NCBI GenBank assembly: GCA_028534125.1 | Contig: CM052816.1 | Coordinates: 34,350,001 to 34,414,000 of the forward strand | Origin: Lama glama | Taxonomy: Eukaryota | Direction: 5' to 3' | Length of the DNA stretch: 64,000 bases | Part shown: positions 13,801-26,903 of the stretch, in pieces | Numbering within the stretch: the first letter of the stretch is position 1 | How the letters are laid out: every line of letters begins with the position of its first letter | Made by a program: the position numbers and the translations under genes | Notes under the pieces: generated by a model | What the model was told of the DNA's origin: nothing | The model's database searches: none | What the model saw: the letters and a program-made list of their open reading frames with translations, nothing else

Positions 13801-14395
13801 TATTTTCATTTCTGCACAGTCCAGGCTTTCTGAACAAGGAGGCAAGTTTGAATAGCAAAGAACTTGGAAGCAAGAGACAATATATGGTTCTGGAGAGATT
13901 TAGAGACTTAACTCTCTGGAGCCATATGCTTACATTCCTGGATAATAACCCTCCTCTCTCTTGAGGGGAGAATGAGCAGGTTTGAAGCAGCTTCTTATAT
14001 GATTAAATGTTTCTAATACTCAGTGTTGCTCAACTGCAACCCAAATCTGTGTAGACAGTGTTCCCCAAGCCCACTCTGTTATCACCCCCATGGAATTTGG
14101 AGAGGTGGGTTAAGAAAACTGATGTAAACATGTTGTGCCATGAGTTATAAATCATGTACATCCATTTTGGCTCATTACCTTACTGATCTAATTTGTGGAA
14201 ATGTAGCAAGCAAATCTTAAGAACTGCTTGACAATTTGACTTAATATATAACAGCAAACAAATTTTACTTTGGCACTGAAATGTATCAAATGCTTAGAAT
14301 TGTATCTAGCAAAAAATGTAGAAGACCTCTACACTAAAATATATGAATTCTATCCAAAGGACTCAGGTACCATCCTGACTGTCTAAAGACAGAAT

Positions 14396-15175
14396 CAGGG
14401 CCAATTATATAATTTACAGGGCAAAATAAAATATTGTAGGCCCCTTGTTCTAAACACAAGAAAAAAAAGGCATTAAAGGTACTAAAATATAAAGACCTTT
14501 TCTTTCCTCTATACACTCTCGACTTGTTATGACATTTTATTTGCTATTTTATGTCATTCTAAGTAATGAAAATCAAAAATTTAAATTATTTGCATAAATG
14601 TCACCATTCATCTTTGTATTGTACAATTCCAGTTTTAAATGCAAATGCAAAAGCATTTTAGAGGGGAGAATATAGCTCCAGGGCAGAGTGCATGCATTAC
14701 AATGCACAAGGTCCTGGGTTCAATCCCCAGTACCTCCATTAAAATAAATAAATAAAGCTAGTTATCCCCCCAAAATAAAGAAATAATAATAAAATTGTTT
14801 TAAAGAATTTACTCACATGCAAAATTACTTGCCTTCTTTTATCATTAGAAGCACATTCTTATTTAAATGGGAAGTACAGCTCAGGGCTGTCAGTGACCCA
14901 CTACTCAGTCACAGACCTGCAACCTTACCTTGTATTTGCTTTGAGTCTCACTGAGGAAATCACATATTCCTCAGTAAAGAAAATCATGTGTCTACTTTAA
15001 GTCTGTGCTCATGGCACTGCGAATACCGTTAACAAATGTGGCCTCGGGCAACAGGGAACAAATGGTACATGCTCCATTTTCCTATGGACTTCACTTAGAA
15101 AACACCAGTTCAAAGATAAAATTATGAAGAATTTAAAGATAGCAACAGTGGAGCATTAAACCAAGCATGAGGCCT
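14396..15175 (-). mobile_element. MER45-like hAT-Tip100 DNA transposon
   Basis: Starts CAGGGCC. AAAATTATGAAGAATTTAAAGATAGCAACAGTGGAGCATTAAACCAAGCATGAGGCC resembles the MER45 consensus in antisense. Confidence 0.75.
14661..14801 (+). mobile_element. Camelid tRNA-derived SINE (Vic-1 type)
   Basis: GGGGAGAATATAGCTCC..AGAGTGCATGC..GGTCCTGGGTTCAATCCCCAGTACCTCC head with A/B boxes, A-rich tail, TSD-like AAAG(C/A)ATTT. Confidence 0.88.
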
Positions 15176-15177
15176 AA

Positions 15178-15406
15178 AGTGGGTGAACAGTGGCCCTTCC
15201 AAAAGATATGCCCATATCCTGACCCCCATCACCAAAGTACCTTATTGGGAAAAAAATTCTTTGCAAATGTAATTAAGTTAAAATCCTTGAGATGAAATCA
15301 TCTGGATTATCCTAGTGGGCTCTAAATCCAATGACAGTTTTTCTTATAAGAAATACACAGAGAAGAGACATACAGGGAGAAGAGTTCGCCCTGTAGAGAC
15401 AGAAGT
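15178..15406 (+). mobile_element. MaLR LTR 5' part, MLT1C/D-like
   Basis: CCAAAAGATATGCCCATATCCT..TTTGCAAATGTAATTAAGTTAA..TGGATTATCC..CTAAATCCAATGACAG..CTTATAAGA. Confidence 0.8.
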
Positions 15407-15407
15407 A

Positions 15408-15830
15408 CAGTAGTTTCCCCTTATCCGTGAGGGATATGTTCAAAGGTCTCCAATGGATGCCAGACACTGCAGACAGTACTGAACCTACACATTCGTACCT
15501 ATGATAAGGTTGAATTTACAAACGAGGCATAGTGAGAGATTAACAACAATAACCAATAATAAAGTAGGACAACTATAGCAATATATTATAATAAAAGTAA
15601 TGTGCATAAGGTCTCTCTCTCTCTCTCTCAAGATATTTAATTGTACAAATTTAATGCCTTTCCCATCTTAACTAAGCATTTACCAAACACTTGGGCTGTA
15701 TCTTTTGCAGTTTGAGGTACAGCAGCGAAACTACAACAAAGTTCTTTCTCTTTCTCCACAATTTCACCAATAGAAGATTCACTCTTACCATCAATCTTAA
15801 CAAACTCAGTGTGTAGGGTCCTGTGTGATG
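15408..15830 (-). mobile_element. Tigger7/MER44 DNA transposon with transposase remnant
   Basis: TIR-like CAGTAGTTTCCCCTTATCCGTGAGGGATATGTTC and MER44 body. ORF 15637-15855 (-) KSESSIGEIVEKEKELCCSFAAVPQTAK..KCLVKMGKALNL resembles the N-terminal CENP-B-type region of Tigger transposases. Confidence 0.85.
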
Positions 15831-15859
15831 AAGCCAGCCCTGGATGGAGCCACATGACT

Positions 15860-17380
15860 GTTCAAAGATGGAACAATTTGATAACAATGATGACAATAAT
15901 TTGGAATGGATTAAGACATATCAAATATGTTTATAGCAATGAGTTAAAACAATACTAAAGATCACCTTTGAAGGATGCTAGAAAACTAGCCCACTGCTTT
16001 AGAAACTGATAAAAGAAAAGTATCAAGAATTCATCTTGCCTCTTGTATACAAACTGCATTTCAGAGTAATGAAACAGTTGGCAAAGAAAAGCTCTTGTTT
16101 ATTGATATACTCATCCTTCCAGTAAATGAAGAAGGAATGATAGAATTAAAATATCACTACTTTTCACCCACAAATGAATTAGTAGATCTAGGCAGCAATC
16201 AAAGATGCTACGATAACACAGAAGCTATAACTATACATTCTGTTTCTTGATTAAAGTGTACAGTACTATCTTTGATGGAGTTGTGCAATAGGAAAAAAAA
16301 TCAAACCTGAATCTGTTCATCTAATTCTAACTAGCAATTTATAGAAAAAACAAAGGCCAGAGAAACATGTTAAAGGATGCCTTGAAAATGCAATCAGGAA
16401 CTATCAGACTATGTTTTTGTGAGCAACTCACAGTTCACACACTTTGCTTGGTTTTTTTTTTAATAAATTATAAAGGAAACAAAAAGAGAAGGTGAGAAGA
16501 ATTACATATTAAAAGAGACTTCAAACACATGAATAAAAATTTATCATTTCGATTTTGTTTTGACTCAAATAACAAATTGTTTTCTTAAGAATCACAATAT
16601 ATTTTTAGGTGAAACTTGGTAAATTGATCTTAATAGCTCATAATAGAATAAAAAGCAAAGAAAATTTATGACAGTTTTGAAGACCAATAACAAATATAGG
16701 AATTCTTCACCTGTATATAAAGAAATTATAAAACTGTCACAATTGAAATAGTAAATATTAGCAGAAAGGATAGTCTAAATATTCAATAGGTGAGTGCTGA
16801 ATCAAATAGAGGCTTCAGCACAACAGAAGCCCCTGGGTGTGCTGGATTCTAATCCTTAATTTCTAGATCGTAAGTGGGTTTGAGGAGGCAAGGTGAAGTG
16901 GTGGGGAAAGTTACAGTAGATTCCCATCTCACCCTACACATAAAATTAAAGTCTAAATATCTTAAGAACCTAAACATAACATCCAAAACTTTAAAACTTT
17001 TAGAGGTGATACAGAAAATGTATTTTGATGTCAAAACAGAAAATGAGTCTTAAATAAGAAAACCTATAAAGGAAAAGATCAACAATTTTGAATTTAGTGA
17101 AATTTAAATTTCTGCATAAATTGATACCATACAGAAAAAAATTTAATGGTCTAAAGACAAGGAGAGGATATTTACTGTCACACACTAAGGGCATGTTTAA
17201 AGACAAGAGATCCACTGGAGAAAGGGGCAAAGATTATGATTGGGAAAAGAAAACCAAACTGTCAAAAGCTTATAAAAATATTCTTGGGCTTTCTCATAAT
17301 CCAGTAAACACAAATTAAAACAGTAATAAATCATTTCATAAGCATCAGATAAGCAAAAATTTTTCAACATTAAATACATG
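15860..17380 (+). mobile_element. Old LINE-1 fragments (L1MC/ME-type 3' UTR and ORF2 3' part)
   Basis: A-rich decayed L1 motifs, e.g. ATTCCCATCTCACCCTACACATAAAATTAA..AAGAACCTAAACATAA..AAACTTTTAGAG. Confidence 0.65.
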
Positions 17381-17503
17381 TAGTTTGAGCTATATATATA
17401 AATTTGTCATTTTTGTAGGTCAAAAGTGATTAGACTGTAAACTGACTATAACTCAATAAAAGAAAGTGATTAGATATTGGCAGCTTCACATTATGCAACT
17501 AAT
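17380..17503. mobile_element. MADE2 (mariner-derived MITE) interrupted by a 28-bp L1 tail
   Basis: TTTGTCATTTTTGTAGGTCAAAAGTGATTAGATATTGGCAGCTTCA..CAACTAA resembles MADE2 once 17435-17474 (insert plus one TSD copy) is removed. Confidence 0.75.
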
Positions 17504-17759
17504 ATATATCCTATAATCTAATATTTCCCCTCATGTGTACAATCCTTGCCAATCATGGTTCTGTGAAAAACTGAGTCCTACAAAATATAATTTGAGTAAC
17601 TATTTTCTCAATTCTCCCAGGGTCCATAGGTAATTCCTTTCTAGACTTATAGGAGAGAATTAATTCATTAAATATGGTAGCTGTTTTACAGCAGTAGGGC
17701 TTAATTCTCTCCCAAAACTCTAGCTGAGAAGGGATAAAAATAAACTCTCAGAAAGTCTA

Positions 17760-18790
17760 TGTATTCATGCACGTACTCATTTGCAATTAACTATTTTTTA
17801 CCACGTGCCAGCCTTAAGAATTGGCAAAGATGAAACACAAAACATGGTCCACGACCTCAAGACATTTCTAACCTAGTGGGTAAGATGTTCATGTAAAGGT
17901 GATGAAGTGGTACAAGGCTGAGACAAGTCTAAATAAGGTATAGAGAGAGACAAAGGTGGCTGTGTCACATGTAGGGGATGGCAAGAATGTTTTCAAAAAA
18001 CAGAGTTCATGTTTGAGTTGACTCTGGGAAAGTTCATCAGTTTTAGCCTAGCAGAGAGGAGGGTGCCAAGATAGGAGAAGTGAGAGGAGAGTGCATAAGT
18101 AAAAGCAGGCAGCTGCACACGTTCCGACCTGCCTGGTGAACTGTCACAGTGGTAGGGAGAGAAGAGAGATGCTAGTGTTGAGAGAAAGAACTGAGAAGAC
18201 CCTCAGGGACCGGGGTCTGGGAGGCCTGGCAGCCATTACTAGGTTGGGTTTTTTTATCCTAAAGGAAATGGGAAGATAATGAAAGATTTTTAGCTCTGTG
18301 AAGAGATTCACATTTGGGAAAATTAATTTGGCAGCTGAGATTCTGTGCTTATGTATTTTTTCGATCATTGGAGTCACACTTCCCTCCCCTACCAAACTTA
18401 ACGTCTATTAGGGTACTGATCAACATGATAAACACTCAACACAGTGTTTAACACAGTTGATGGTAGGATCTCAAAAATAGTTTTTGAATAAATAAAGGAG
18501 GTGACAACAGAAGCAGGAGGCAACTGAAATAGTCCAGCTGGAAGATTATTAGGATCTTTCAATTGTGGCAGTGGCAGCAGAGTTGGCGAGGGGGGGGGAA
18601 GGGTAGGATATGAGAGACGCCAGGGAGTGTGTACAGTGAAGGACTTAGGGATACACAGGACTTGAAAAATAAGGAAGAGGCATCAGTCTCTGGTGATTGT
18701 GTCCTGGGTGACTTGATGAATGGTGGTTACTATTGACTGAGCCTGGAAAAAAACAAGGGGGAGGCAGGCTTGTACATGTTCAAAACAGAT
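17760..18790 (-). mobile_element. L2 LINE fragments
   Basis: Purine-rich antisense L2 motifs, e.g. AACATGGTCCACGACCTCAAG and TTTTTATCCTAAAGGAAATGGGAAG..GATTTTTAG. Confidence 0.6.
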
Positions 18791-19714
18791 TTGCATTGTG
18801 ATGAGGGGGGAGGAAGGCAATATAAAATTTCATTATTTTCTTTCTTCTTTAGAGTCTTACAAAGAAATAAAAAATATGAGAAGACATTTGAATGTAGATC
18901 ATTGTTCCCATGGATATAACATTCTTACACATGTATCTTAAAAGACTAATGCCAAATGGGAGCAATATTTGAAGTAAAAGAAATATTGTGGTAATAGGGA
19001 AGGAATAGAAGAAATTAAAAAAAGAAAACTCAGACAAAAACATTTGATAAATTTTGACATAATGAGAGGAAATTAAGGCAGAATGAATTATAAATGTAAG
19101 ATGGAATCTGTATGAAAAAAGTATCATAAGGAAGAAAGAGTGAAGAATCTATTTAACAACACTTTAACCTAAAAATGGTGACTAGGCACTGCTTTAATTT
19201 AATGAGTGCTGTCAAACTTTCAGTGGTGGCAATTTTCCAGGTCTTTTCAGTTAATAGAAGTCTGGATCCCAGTTTGGGTGTTCCCTGCTCAGAGAACCCA
19301 GAAGACGTCGTATCAGGAAAGGAAGGCCTTGCACTGTCACATTAAGGGAGCCCTGATCCCACTAGATTTTAAGCAGCTTTCAGAAGTGAAGCCTAGATGC
19401 TGTCTCTGGAATTCTGTTTACTGTTAGTTGCTCAATTCAGAGACTCATACCTTCTTTCAACTAAAAGAGCCAGTAAGACATACCAAGTGATGATCACATC
19501 AACATTTTCTTTTCACGTTTTTTCTAATTTTTAAAAGCTCTTGGTCAAGGTTCATATTCTCTTCCTTTGTTTTTAAAGAATTTATACACATCTACCTTCT
19601 CTATAAAGGCTGCTCCAATTTTATGAAAGAAAAGTAGCTAAATCTTTCTTCTTCTGAACTCTAACTTGATCTCTGCCCAGCTCTGACACAATATTCAAGC
19701 CAGTCCCCTGACAC

Positions 19715-20171
19715 ATAGATATACGATATATATATGTATGTATCATATATGATATGATATATGCAATATATATGATATACACACCAGCTCCCTGATTTTG
19801 ATTGATTGATTCATTCATTTTAAGCAACTGGCAGATTTTAAGCTCACATGGCTGTGGAGGTACAAATTCAAAATCTACAGGGTAGGCCAGCAAGCTAGGG
19901 ACCCAGGAAAGAGTTGCATTCTGAGTCCAAAGGACATCTGCTACCAGAATTCCTTCTTGCTCAGGGAAGGTCAGCCTTTGTTTTATTAAGATGTTCAACT
20001 GATTGGAGGAGGCCCATACACATTATGGAAATAATCTGCTTTACTCACAGTCTACCAATTTAAATGTTAATCTTACCCTAAAAAACAACTTCACAGAAAC
20101 ATCCAGAATAATGTTTGATCAAATTTGGGCAATGTGGTCCAGCCAAGATGACATATAATATTAGCCACTCC
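19715..20171 (-). mobile_element. ERVL LTR, MLT2-like, with internal TA-rich simple repeat
   Basis: TTCAACTGATTGGAGGAGGCCCATACACATTATGGA..AATCTGCTTTACTCA..AAATGTTAATCT..CACAGAAACATCCAGAATAATGTTTGA..CCAGCCAAGATGACA are hallmark MLT2 motifs. Confidence 0.85.
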
Positions 20172-20814
20172 ATCAGCTATGCTGGTTATGTTGTTTGTTG
20201 TTTGATATTTTTTTAAATTCACTTATTTGTTTATTTGTTTTTCCTGAATAAACCCAGACACTCACTCATCTTTTTCATTAGAAAATCATCTTAAATGAGT
20301 GAGAGGGAAGATCTTAGGGAAAAATCCAGGAAAATAATTTTTGAGTTCCTTTTCTGGGTGCTCCATATCCCCCTTCCATTCAAACCACACCCTCCCTAAG
20401 AGGTATCAGTTTCCCCATTTTGCAGACCCAGAACCTAGGACTCAGAAGGTTAAGTGACCTTCTGAGATCACCTGCTGGTGAGTAGGGACATAGGAATATT
20501 ACCTCAGGCCTCTCTGATTCCACTGGTTCATCCTACCTCCAATACGGTGCACTGTTGATGGTGGTATGCAGAAAAGCCCTGACTGGACATGTGTATTAGA
20601 ATATTTTTACAATGCCATAGCATTGTCAAGAATCTGTAGTGCTGTGAAGACAGTGAATGTGTTTAGTCGACCCATGCTCCATGATCAAGACATTACATGG
20701 CACAAATGATGACAAAGTCTATGATACATGACACATAAATCATGAACTCTCATCTGTGCTCTCATCTGTGACCACAGTAGTTACTTATTCATTTTATTAT
20801 CTCTTTGCTTGGAG

Positions 20815-21110
20815 TAGGTATCACAAGAAGGTGGCTTAAGGCCAAATTTGATTTGCAGACAGTTTTCTTTTAACTACCATTACCCTCATTTCTGCACTGT
20901 GTTTTCAATGTGCTTAGTTGCCTACATTTAAACAAAATCAAGACTTTCACATGCAAAAAAAATCAATTCCCTGCTTTCCTTGAAAATTCTGCAGATTTGG
21001 CAACATTTGGTCTCAGTTTCCACAAGGTAAAAGGAAGCCTTAGGTGCGTGCATTTCAAATCAGAGTTTGGCTCTAATTCACCACAGTGCCCACTCAGCTC
21101 ATTTATATTT
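20815..21110. mobile_element. hAT-Charlie fossil, MER102-like
   Basis: CTTTCCTTGAAAATTCTGCAGATTTGGCAACATTTGG resembles the MER102 core. Confidence 0.45.
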
Positions 21111-21195
21111 CCTTCTTGCATATCCCCTATGCCCTTTAGAGTATCTTTACTCCACTCCTTGAAAAAAAAAATGTGGAGGTGTTCTAAGATTGAGG

Positions 21196-21353
21196 TGTGG
21201 GGGAAGGTACAGCTCAAGTGGTAGAGCACACGCTTAGCATGCATGAGGTCCTGGGTTCAATGCCCACTACCTCCTCTAAGAAGTAAGCAAGCCTAATTAC
21301 CTCCCGCCACCCAAACCAACCTAACAACAACAACAACAACAACAAAACAAATA
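21196..21353 (+). mobile_element. Camelid tRNA-derived SINE (Vic-1 type)
   Basis: GGGGAAGGTACAGCTCAAGTGGTAGAGCACACGCTTAGCATGCATGAGGTCCTGGGTTCAA head, CCTAATTACCTCCC body, (CAA)n tail, TSD AAGA(T/C)TGAGG at 21186-21195 and 21354-21363. Confidence 0.92.
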
Positions 21354-24300
21354 AAGACTGAGGCAGGATAAACAAGTTTCTTCACAATTCAGGTTGTCAG
21401 TGTGTCCAGCAGGAACAAGATATTAAATTATTTTGACTTTTTTCTTTTTAGGATATTCTGAGAGTCCATTACCTTGGGAATTGAGGAATTAGATTAAACC
21501 TTTTGCCTCTATTTGGTAATCTGAAAAATATCATACAGCCCTTTCTTAAATATCTCAGGGAAATCAGTTCTTTTGTTAAATAATTACAATTCTTAGGAAT
21601 CTTCTCATTAAGCTAAATCTAAATATGGGCCCCTATAAAATATGCCATCCATTAGTTCTACCTCCAGTTCAGTCCTTGGGGGTGCTCTTCACCTGACAAC
21701 TTGTTGAATGCCTGAGAACAACTCTCCAACCTTCTCTAAGCCTTAAGCACCTGTTTCTTGTAAGAAGCCACTTGTGTTTGCCACAGTGGGATGTGCAAGG
21801 TGTCAAATTTGTGTGACGAGAAATGTGATGTAGAACTTTATCAGAAGGAAGGGATGATGCCTAAAGAAAGAATTCCTCTTTTTATATTATTGTATCTTAA
21901 AAACATGGAAGTTCTGACAAGGAAAAATAAGTTTCCAAGCTTACATGACTGGATTCCCTGAGGGGTTTACACCCCAGGATGCCTTAGTGAGCAAAAACTC
22001 TCTTCACCTCTGAACTACATAAAAGGTCTGCAAGTTTTCAGTTCCACAGCATATTTAAGATATTTCAGTCTTGTTGATAAGTATATGTTCATATAACCCA
22101 AACTCAGTTCAAAAGTAATCTATTCTAAAGTGCCTCTCATGTTCCAAAAGCAAATTCCAGGAGCGTGTATTTGTGCTAAGTATCTGTTTGTGATAGTCCT
22201 ATCACAAAGAGTATTACCACACAGCATCATGCTCACTAGACAGACTGAGCATCCAAGACATCCCAGGTCAGGCTAGGACAGGTAAAAATGCCTGTGGGCG
22301 GGAGATGAAGATTAGACAGGGTAGAGGGGCAAGGAGATAGTTACTATTATTGCATGTGTGTAATTTCACATATGATAAATATGAGTCTAGTTTTTAATAC
22401 ATAGTTACTATTTACATACCCTTTAGGAAGTTTAAAATCTATGATAAAAAGCCAGCAATCCTTTAAAATAAGACTTGTGCATAATAGAAATCAATATCTG
22501 AACAATTCATGAGACTGCAAAAATTTCAGAATTTTGATGGAAGGAGAAAAGTTTAGATTGGATTAGTAAAAGCTTCATTCTACTTAGAAAGAAACATCAG
22601 AGGGAAGTTTTTCAGGCAGAAGTTTGGTGACCATACCTTTTCCCGTTTAATAAGATTGTCTTCTGGCTATTGCTAAAATCAAGTCTCAAAGGCAATTTAA
22701 AGATGAAAAAAATAGAATTCATCTGAGTTAAACTTAAGAGTTAAGGCATTCATTTTCTTGAGCTAAGTATGTTGCAGTTCCTGAACCAAAGTTTTGGCTT
22801 CTAGGATCAATTAAAAAAAACATAATAAACAAATCAGGTTATATAAATTTCATTTTCTGATAGTAAATCCTGCACCAAATTTTGGCAGGAAGGTACTGGC
22901 CATCTCTGAGGTTCAGAGAAGTCATGGATATACCTAAGGTCACATAGCGAGTAAATGGAAGAGCCAGTATTTAACATCAGCATGGTCTGATTCCAAGGAA
23001 CTATGATCTTTAACTGTTTTCACAATTGCATAGAATTGGTAAGACTCAATACTAGGACTCTTGTTTGTACTGTCATGGAAATAGACCCTCTGTTTTATCA
23101 GTGCTGGTATAACATGAGCCTCAAGTTCTACAGTCCACCAAGTAAACCTAAGAATAATGGAAGTACGAGAAAAAAGACTAGGAGTAGCTGCACAGCTCCA
23201 GACAGTGCCACTCAATCAGTTATGTAGCTAACAGGAGTTATGCGGCACAGTGGTTCTGACTCAGAAATGAGTCCTGATGATCTTAAGCACTGAATCAAGT
23301 CCCTCCTAGAAACAGGTCTAATCTCGAACCTAGTAAACTACGGGAGCCAATACATTCTTTTTCTGATTCAGCTAGTTCATAAAGTATTTGTAATTTATAC
23401 ATTTACAAGGCTGTCATAAATACTAGACAAGGTAATAAAGTGTCTTTTGCATGTTGAAGATGTAATAGGCACAGTTTAACACTCGCTCTCTTTCTCTCCC
23501 AACTATTTTTACTTCATTAAATTGCCACTTAAATTGGACATTATACATTAAATAGTCCAGTGAATAGGATTAACTCAGTTAACTATCATTTCTCCTCTTC
23601 ATCCATTTCCACCCTGTTATGTTCAATTGCAGAAAAAGAAAGAGGAGGAAGAAAGGTAAAGGGAGGGCAGGAAGAAGAAAAAAACAATCAGAACAGAAAA
23701 TCTCTAGCTATGTGCACAGTCTCTCTCTCCCACTTGCCTGCTTGCCTATGTTGGAAGGACTTGCACTTCTAGAAGAAAGTATGCATCTCCCTATATTAAT
23801 CTATTATTTGGCTGAAAACAACAAAAGAAAACATGTATTTTAATCAATTCAAAATCTTTAATTTTTAAAATTTAATTTAATTTTTAAAAAAAGATGATTT
23901 ACTGGATCACAAAACCAAAGCTTAGAAGAAGTATGAGTAGTATCTGCAGCTTTGACAGGAGTAGGGTGTCTCTAGGAACCTGGAACTTAAACCAGGTAAA
24001 GCCTACTCACTAGCTTCCATCTCTCCCCACCTCATCTGTTTCACTTCCACCCATTTCTCATCCTGGCTTCTGTCTTTATTGACTTCATTCTCTCAGTTAA
24101 ACTCTACATTCTGGAGGATCTGGTAGCCTTTAAGTTATATCTTTGCAGCTCATGATCTAAGAGAAGATAGAGAATTCTCCTTCCCAACCTCATCAAAGAA
24201 CCTTGATCATATAAGCTTGGTTCACAGGTCCGCTTATTATTAGGCCAGAGAGGTAAGGGTCTGTGATTGCCACTTCTTGCAAAAATCAGTTTGAGTGGAG

Positions 24301-25879
24301 GAGGACCAGTATCTCAGAGGAAGTGGGTGCTGTCGAACAAGAGGAAAGAAGAGATGCTACATGGAAACAAACAGTAGTTGTTCGCGCTGTCTGCTTTCCT
24401 CCCTTTGAGCGCAGAGCAAACCTTGGTGGCCAGCACTATGATCTCTCTCTCTTCAGGGGGCTCCATCATGGTCAAAGCCCACCAAGTCAAAGTTTCCTCT
24501 AAGCATAATTCAAAGACAGAGACTCCCTAAAATCTCAAGCCCTAGAACCCACAGAACATATTCCCAAATTATGAAAAAAATGCATTTTTATTCCTACTCT
24601 TGCCCAGATTTTACTCCTAATCTTCTTCCTGGAGGTTTCAGGAAAAGACATAATTGCTCAAAAAGAATGTCTGCCAAACCTGTATCCCAATATGGAAATC
24701 ATTCCACTGCATTCCAATCTCACTAGCCTATATCATCCAACTGTTGTGTGTGTTTGTTTGTTTTCATCTCTCTGAGGAATGGCCCATACTTTCTCCACCC
24801 TGTTCACCTGAGTCTGTCCCTGGAGGAAACTGAGGTCAATAGGGTTCCCAAAGAAGCCCAGCTGAGTGGCTTTAGGTTATGCTGATGTCTGTCAGGACAA
24901 GGCATCATTATTCTTCACTCCCACTGTCAGTTCACTTGAACTGTAGGCATAGGAATAAGCAAGTGTAATTGGCATGTAGCACAAACACATGGTACACTAG
25001 CTTTGCAATGTAGTCCAGAAGATTCCAAATAAAGATATTTTTAAAAACCAAATGTTTAAACACACTATATCAATCCAGTGTAGAACTATGGCAATGATTC
25101 TTTCCTGTATATTTTTAAATAATCAAAATATTGAAAAAAAACACGCCTACAATCTACCACCCCAGCACAATTACTTTAATTCTTATTGGTGTTCATGCTG
25201 CCTTAGACTAATTTTAAATTGCCTTAGCAATTATTCTTGATACCCCTAAATTTCATTTAAAACCAATCTTAGAAAAACTGCTCTGAAAACTCATGGGACT
25301 GTTTATCAAATCACTGATAATTACGCATGATGGCAAAACAGCTTCTTGTCCATGTTAGCATGATGGTGAATACATAACTTAATCTGCACAACTTCCAGCT
25401 TCAGACAAAAAGATTGGGCAAAAATATATATAGAACAAGAAGGCAAAGGCCTGAGATATCTGCAAAAGGATTTGATTTCACTTGAAACTTTTTTCAAACA
25501 GGCATGTAATCACAGAGCCATCAAAGTGTGGTTTGCAAGTGTGAGCAGGCAATAGAGGTCTCTTCCCATCTTATCTCTAATGGTGTCAAGGAAGCGGCTG
25601 TAATCAGATGGGGCATGAAACTGACTGTGCCTAGTTGGAAGACTAAGTCATTAAAAGTTTCAACCATACAGAGGGGCACTACTTCTATCTCAAGGGAAAG
25701 TTCTGAGTGGAAACGGCCGCAGACTAGGCTAATCTGTCTTCTGTTATGGTTATCTATCTTCATGCCTGTCCACCTCTGTAAGAAGTAAGTCTTGAGAGGT
25801 GGGTTGGCTATGCAGTCATCTCTGCCCATGACCTCCTTGCCACCCCTAAGGATTCAGTGTGGTCTGGCTCCTAGTTGAG

Positions 25880-26790
25880 TGCTCTTGAGTGATACATACA
25901 TCTCAAACTCATCCAACACCCACTTCTTCATCTTCCCCATCAAACTGGCTTCTCTCCTAGTTGGTCCCATCCTATCATTTCAATGTAGAACAGCTTCAAT
26001 GTCCAAATTCCTCAGGCCAAATCCTATTTCTCTTTCCTTTCTAAACAGCAAGTCTACCTGACTCTACCCTCAAATCATATCAATATTTACCACTTCTCAC
26101 CACCTTACTGCTACTACCCTGGCTCAGGACGATGGCAATAGCTTCGTAACTAGGCTCTGTTTCTGCCTTTACTCCCCCTCCATTTCTGCACCATTATAGC
26201 TTATTTTCAACACAGAGTCCAAAAACTAAGTCACATCATGTCACTCCACTGCCCCAAATCTTTCATGGTTCCCATCTCATCCAGAATAAAAGCCAAAGCC
26301 TTTCAGTGGTCTGCAGGACCCCATGTCCATTATGTGTCCCGTCTCTCTGATCTTATCTTTTACTACTCTGCCCAATCTCAGACACTCCAGCTATGCAGGC
26401 TTACTGGTCTTTTCTTGAATATGGCAGGCACATTTCTGCATCAGAGATTTTATACCTACTCTGTCCTTGATTGATACACTTTGCCCCTGATGTCAGCATG
26501 GCTCACTCCCTCATCTCCTTGAGGTCTTTGCTCAAATGTCACCTTCTTTGTGAAGACTTCCTTGCTTACTTAATTTAACATCACAACTCTCTAGCCCTCT
26601 CACTGCTTAACTGTTCTGCATAATATCTATGATTATCTGATAAACTATACAGCTTAATCATTTCTAACCTCTTCATTTTTCCCCACTAGAAATTAAGCTT
26701 ACAAGGGCAGATGTTTTCTGGGTTTTTTGCTGCTTTTTCCCACTTCCTACCACATGTTAGTAATAAATATCTCTTGAAAGGATGGATTGT
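25880..26790 (+). mobile_element. L2 LINE 3' portion
   Basis: Pyrimidine-rich L2 motifs (GGTTCCCATCTCATCCAGAATAAAAGCCAAAG, GGTCTTTGCTCAAATGTCACC, CCCCACTAGAAATTAAGCTT) and terminal TAATAAATAT..GAAAGGATGGAT. Confidence 0.8.
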
Positions 26791-26903
26791 TGGTTGGACA
26801 GAGAGATCAGTGGGTAGATAATTAAATGACTTAATTAATGAATATATTAGCTCATTTCATCTGTTGCAGGCAACTTTATTAGCTGTTTAAAGAAGATATT
26901 ATC

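Noticed and set aside
19445..19470. Minus-strand 10-nt microexon-like pattern (TTTTAG|TTGAAAGAAG|GTATGA)
   Set aside because: Short pyrimidine tract and not frame-preserving; it illustrates the chance rate of such patterns.
21196..21275. tRNA-like sequence with A and B boxes (also 14661-14740)
   Set aside because: It continues into a SINE body, A-rich tail and TSD, so it is a tRNA-derived SINE head rather than a tRNA gene.
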